This document shows positions 61,204-64,000 of a DNA stretch of 64,000 nucleotides, one piece after another. The number at the start of each line of letters is the position of its first letter. Position 1 is the first letter of the stretch. Under the pieces are notes generated by a model, which was given only the letters and a program-made list of their open reading frames with translations, was not told where the DNA came from and searched no databases. The position numbers and the translations under genes are program-made. The stretch spans positions 57,836 to 121,835 of the forward strand of contig JBGASN010000004.1 in NCBI GenBank assembly GCA_044229665.1, read 5' to 3'. The stretch comes from Holophagaceae bacterium (GTDB taxonomy: Bacteria > Acidobacteriota > Holophagae > Holophagales > Holophagaceae).

Positions 61204-63330
61204 TTACTGGAAGGACACGGCCCCCACGGGGATGCCGAAGGCGGAGAGGCCGCTGCCGACGATGACCACTGAGCCGTCGTACATGAGCAGGCATCGTCCA
61301 CCGAGGGCATCCAGGCCCACGGACGGGGTGTTGAACCCGAAGGTCGGGTAGCTGCCCGTGGCCGGGTTGTAGATGTCGAAGGTGGCCGCAGGGTTGGTTC
61401 CCGCCTGATCCCCCGTGGCCCCGAGGTCGGTGCTCCCCCCCACGAGCAGGGCGGTGCCATCCCCGAGGAGCGTGGCCAGGGGGCGATTCCGGCTGCTGGA
61501 CATGGTGGAGGTCAGGGAGGAAAAAGTGCCGGTCGCGGGATTGAAGGTGAGGCCGCCCGAGTCAGGCGTGGCCACCGAAGGGGTCCACACCCCGCCGAAC
61601 AGGGTCAGCGTGCCCGAGGGGGCCAGGATGGCGGCGGTGTTCCGGCGACCGATGGGGAGGTTGCCCGTGGTGGCCGTGAGGGTGCCATTGAAGGGGTTGT
61701 AGAGGTTCGCGGTGGTGGAGAGGTTGGTGTCCGAACCGTCGGTGCTCCCCCCGGCCAGCAGGACCCGGCCATCCAGCAGCACCTCCGCGGCGTGTCCCAC
61801 CCGGGGGTTGCTCATGGCGGTGCCCACAGTCGAAAAGCTGTTGGTGGCTGGATTGTAGATCTCCAGGGAGGAGAGGGTGCCCGAAGCCCCGCGTCCACCG
61901 GCGATGAGCACCCGGCCATCGGCCATGAGGGTGGCCGTGTGGTCCTCCCGGGCCGAGGCCAAGGTCGAGGCCACCGGGATCATGGTGTCGCTGTAGGGGT
62001 CGTAGAGCTCCGCACTCGCCAAGGGGGTCCCGGAGCCGCTCCGCCCGCCCACGATGAGGATCTTGTAGGTGGGAAGCAGGGTGGCGGTATGGCGGGACCG
62101 TGGGGTGGCCAACACAGCGGCAGGGGCCGACCAGAAGGCACCGGAGGGATTGTAGAGCTCGAGGCTGGAGAGGGTCACCCCACCCGCTTCCCCGCCGCTC
62201 ACCAGGGCCAGGTTGCTCTGGGTCCGGATCAGGGCATGGTGGGTGCGGGGCGTGCCCATGGTCCCGGCCGGGGAGAAGGTATTGGTGTACGCCAGGCCAC
62301 CATTCACGTTCACGAAGGCGATGCCGGCGATCCGGGGGGGGTTCACGGTGGTGGCGGTCACAATGTGGAAACCCGCGGTGCCATCGGACGTGAAGACGCC
62401 CTCGCTGTTGATCGTGCCGCCGCCGTCCACCGACCAGGTCACCGCGGGGTTGGCCAAGCCCAGGCAGGCAGCCCGGAAGGTGAGGCTGCTCCCCGGGGTG
62501 ATGTTCTGGAACCCCGGCTGGATGAAGGGACCCGCCGTGATGGTGATGGTGTAGGACACCGTCGGGTCCTCGACGCTGCGGATCGTGAGCAAGGCCTCGC
62601 CAACGCTGAAGGGCGTGGTGAATTGGGCGGAATTCGGGCCCGTGGCCACCACGCTCCCCCAGGTCGAGGAGAGGGTCACGGCGGGATTGGTCGCACCAAA
62701 GATGGTCCAGGTGATGTCGAGGACCTCCCCAGGAACCACGGTGGCGGAGCTTCCCGGCGTCTCGGAACTGATGACGATGGGCACACGGGCCGCGGTCACG
62801 AAGGCCTTGGCGCACAGGGTGGGATCCTCGACGCTGGTCGCGGTCACCAGGTAGCCTGCGTTCCGATTGGCGACGATGTGCTCCCCGGTGGCGTCGATGG
62901 TGCCCTGTTCGGCGAACCACTTCACCGAGGGATCCGTGAGTCCCGCGGTCGTGGCGGTGAAGGTGACCAGGTCCCCCCCGTTGGCGGTGACCGTGTTGGG
63001 GGTGATCTCCAGGCTGCGGGTGCCCACGTTCACCACGGCCTTGGCCAGGGCGGTGTCGCCCTTGGTGCCGGTCACGGTGAGGGTGTAGGTGGTGGTCTGG
63101 GTCGGGGAGATCGGGATGGGTGCCCCGCTCGTCACGGGCCCGATGCCCTGATCCACGGTGGCGGTGCCCCCGAGGAAATTGGCGATGAGCACCGTGGACC
63201 CCCCGGGGGTGACATGGGAGGTCGCGGGCGTGAAGGTGACGATGGTGGGGATGCTGCCGCCCTCTTCGGACGAACTGCAGCCGAGCATCGCAAACACCAC
63301 CAGGAGCGCGGAGAGGACACGGAATCGCAT
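61204..63330 (-). CDS. Surface/periplasmic lipoprotein with N-terminal Ig-like domains and a C-terminal Kelch-type beta-propeller
   Basis: Lipobox VVFAMLGCSS. About 330 aa of Ig-like repeats (TTTYTLTVTG, ...VTATSV..., ...ITITAG...). Six or more Kelch-like blades follow (R..H.A.LL.DGRVL..GG... LSS.E.YNP..). Starts 9 nt after the upstream outer-membrane gene. Confidence 0.8.
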   Translation of the reverse strand: MRFRVLSALLVVFAMLGCSSSEEGGSIPTIVTFTPATSHVTPGGSTVLIANFLGGTATVDQGIGPVTSGAPIPISPTQTTTYTLTVTGTKGDTALAKAVVNVGTRSLEITPNTVTANGGDLVTFTATTAGLTDPSVKWFAEQGTIDATGEHIVANRNAGYLVTATSVEDPTLCAKAFVTAARVPIVISSETPGSSATVVPGEVLDITWTIFGATNPAVTLSSTWGSVVATGPNSAQFTTPFSVGEALLTIRSVEDPTVSYTITITAGPFIQPGFQNITPGSSLTFRAACLGLANPAVTWSVDGGGTINSEGVFTSDGTAGFHIVTATTVNPPRIAGIAFVNVNGGLAYTNTFSPAGTMGTPRTHHALIRTQSNLALVSGGEAGGVTLSSLELYNPSGAFWSAPAAVLATPRSRHTATLLPTYKILIVGGRSGSGTPLASAELYDPYSDTMIPVASTLASAREDHTATLMADGRVLIAGGRGASGTLSSLEIYNPATNSFSTVGTAMSNPRVGHAAEVLLDGRVLLAGGSTDGSDTNLSTTANLYNPFNGTLTATTGNLPIGRRNTAAILAPSGTLTLFGGVWTPSVATPDSGGLTFNPATGTFSSLTSTMSSSRNRPLATLLGDGTALLVGGSTDLGATGDQAGTNPAATFDIYNPATGSYPTFGFNTPSVGLDALGGRCLLMYDGSVVIVGSGLSAFGIPVGAVSFQ

Positions 63331-63339
63331 GGCAGCCCC

Positions 63340-64000
63340 CTAGTACCGGTAGCGCGCTTCGAAGGAATAGGTGGGACGCGCCGCAGGGTAGCCGTAGACC
63401 ATGAACGCGTCGTTCTGGTTGTCCTTGGCTCCGGCGATCCAGGCGTTCAGGTCCACCTTCGGCTGGAGGAGGTGCTCTCCGCGCCAGATCAGGGTCCAGC
63501 GCTTCCCGGCCTTCACGGTGGTGGTCATGCCCACGTCCCGGAAGACCACGTTGACCGGCCGGATGTTGGGAATGGGCGTGGCGCAGTTGCAATCACCAAT
63601 GGAGGCGAACTGGTGTCCCACATGGGTGTAATGCAGGTCCACCCGCACATCCCCGCTTCCCAGCCGGGTCTTCAACCCGTGGGTGGAGAAGGGCCGGCGC
63701 TGCACCGGGTCCGTGGCGAACTCCAGGCCGGCCGGGGCGTTCAGGTCCCGGGCCTCCTGGGCCCGCACGAAGCCCTCCAGGCCGAAGCCCTTGAAGGGGC
63801 TCCACCCCAGTCCGGTCTCGACGCCCCGGGTGCGGGTGCGGTCCTGGTTCGCATACCGGGAGTCCAGGGGCACGTTGAGGGCCCCGGGCGCCAAGGGGGT
63901 GGTGGCCAGGGCTTCCACCCCGATGCCGCCGCTCAGCTGCATCTGCTGGGCCTCGATCTTCACGTAGGCCTTGCCGGCCCCCCAGGCCAGGCCGATCTGG
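63340..64000 (-). CDS. Outer-membrane beta-barrel protein, TonB-dependent-receptor-like C-terminus; 5' end outside window
   Basis: Frame is open to the window edge; the ORF-track Met at 63963 is an internal GTG/Val. Alternating beta-strand pattern with a terminal aromatic (...SFEARYRY), consistent with TBDR-type barrels. Confidence 0.55.
   Translation of the reverse strand, partial: QIGLAWGAGKAYVKIEAQQMQLSGGIGVEALATTPLAPGALNVPLDSRYANQDRTRTRGVETGLGWSPFKGFGLEGFVRAQEARDLNAPAGLEFATDPVQRRPFSTHGLKTRLGSGDVRVDLHYTHVGHQFASIGDCNCATPIPNIRPVNVVFRDVGMTTTVKAGKRWTLIWRGEHLLQPKVDLNAWIAGAKDNQNDAFMVYGYPAARPTYSFEARYRY

Noticed and set aside
1-64000. CRISPR arrays, rRNA genes, IS elements/transposases, toxin-antitoxin pairs, known defence systems
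   Set aside because: Reading through the intergenic regions and the ORF translations revealed no regularly spaced direct repeats, no rRNA-like sequence, and no transposase, integrase, recombinase or recognisable defence-protein motifs. The longest non-coding gaps are under 200 nt.

Overview
This is a densely coding bacterial chromosomal segment with visibly high G+C (not computed). I call about 60 protein genes on both strands and one tRNA-Arg(CCT). I found no rRNA, CRISPR array, transposase, integrase or obvious prophage. All family assignments come from motif recognition in the translated ORF track, not from a database search.

The gene repertoire includes a multihaem cytochrome fused to a b-type membrane domain, System II cytochrome c maturation genes, a PEGA-domain Ser/Thr kinase, a DUF4388 protein and Kelch/Ig lipoproteins. 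This suggests a metal-respiring Acidobacteriota (Holophagae/Geothrix-like) or similar lineage. That taxonomy is inference only.

Recognisable content:
- Central metabolism and housekeeping: maeB, purF, map, ispE, ppa, trxA, waaA, tcdA, tatD, ybiT-like ABC-F, and ribB fused to a dead GTP cyclohydrolase II domain.
- A histidine-utilisation locus: hutH divergent from hutU-hutG-hutC, with no hutI.
- bfd-bfr iron storage.
- ccsB-ccsA cytochrome c biogenesis.
- An ABC-2 exporter, an MFS pump and several regulators (MocR, TetR, Lrp, HutC).

The very long extra ORFs in the track are antisense or out-of-frame shadows typical of GC-rich DNA.

I found no textbook novel system such as a defence island or mobile element. 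The best candidates for undescribed biology are:
1. A CbcL-type 11-haem c / dihaem b fusion cytochrome (12683-14566).
2. A translationally coupled operon of a lipoprotein, an unknown protein, a fatty-acid-hydroxylase-family membrane protein, a second unknown protein and an M15A peptidase (36052-39881).
3. An HD / HEAT-repeat / soluble histidine kinase operon without a response regulator (54683-58866).
4. An orphan ftsX coupled to a beta-propeller lipoprotein and a DUF4388 protein, with no ftsE (7875-10930).
5. A His-rich lipoprotein in the position usually held by ResA in the System II cytochrome maturation operon (33412-34014).
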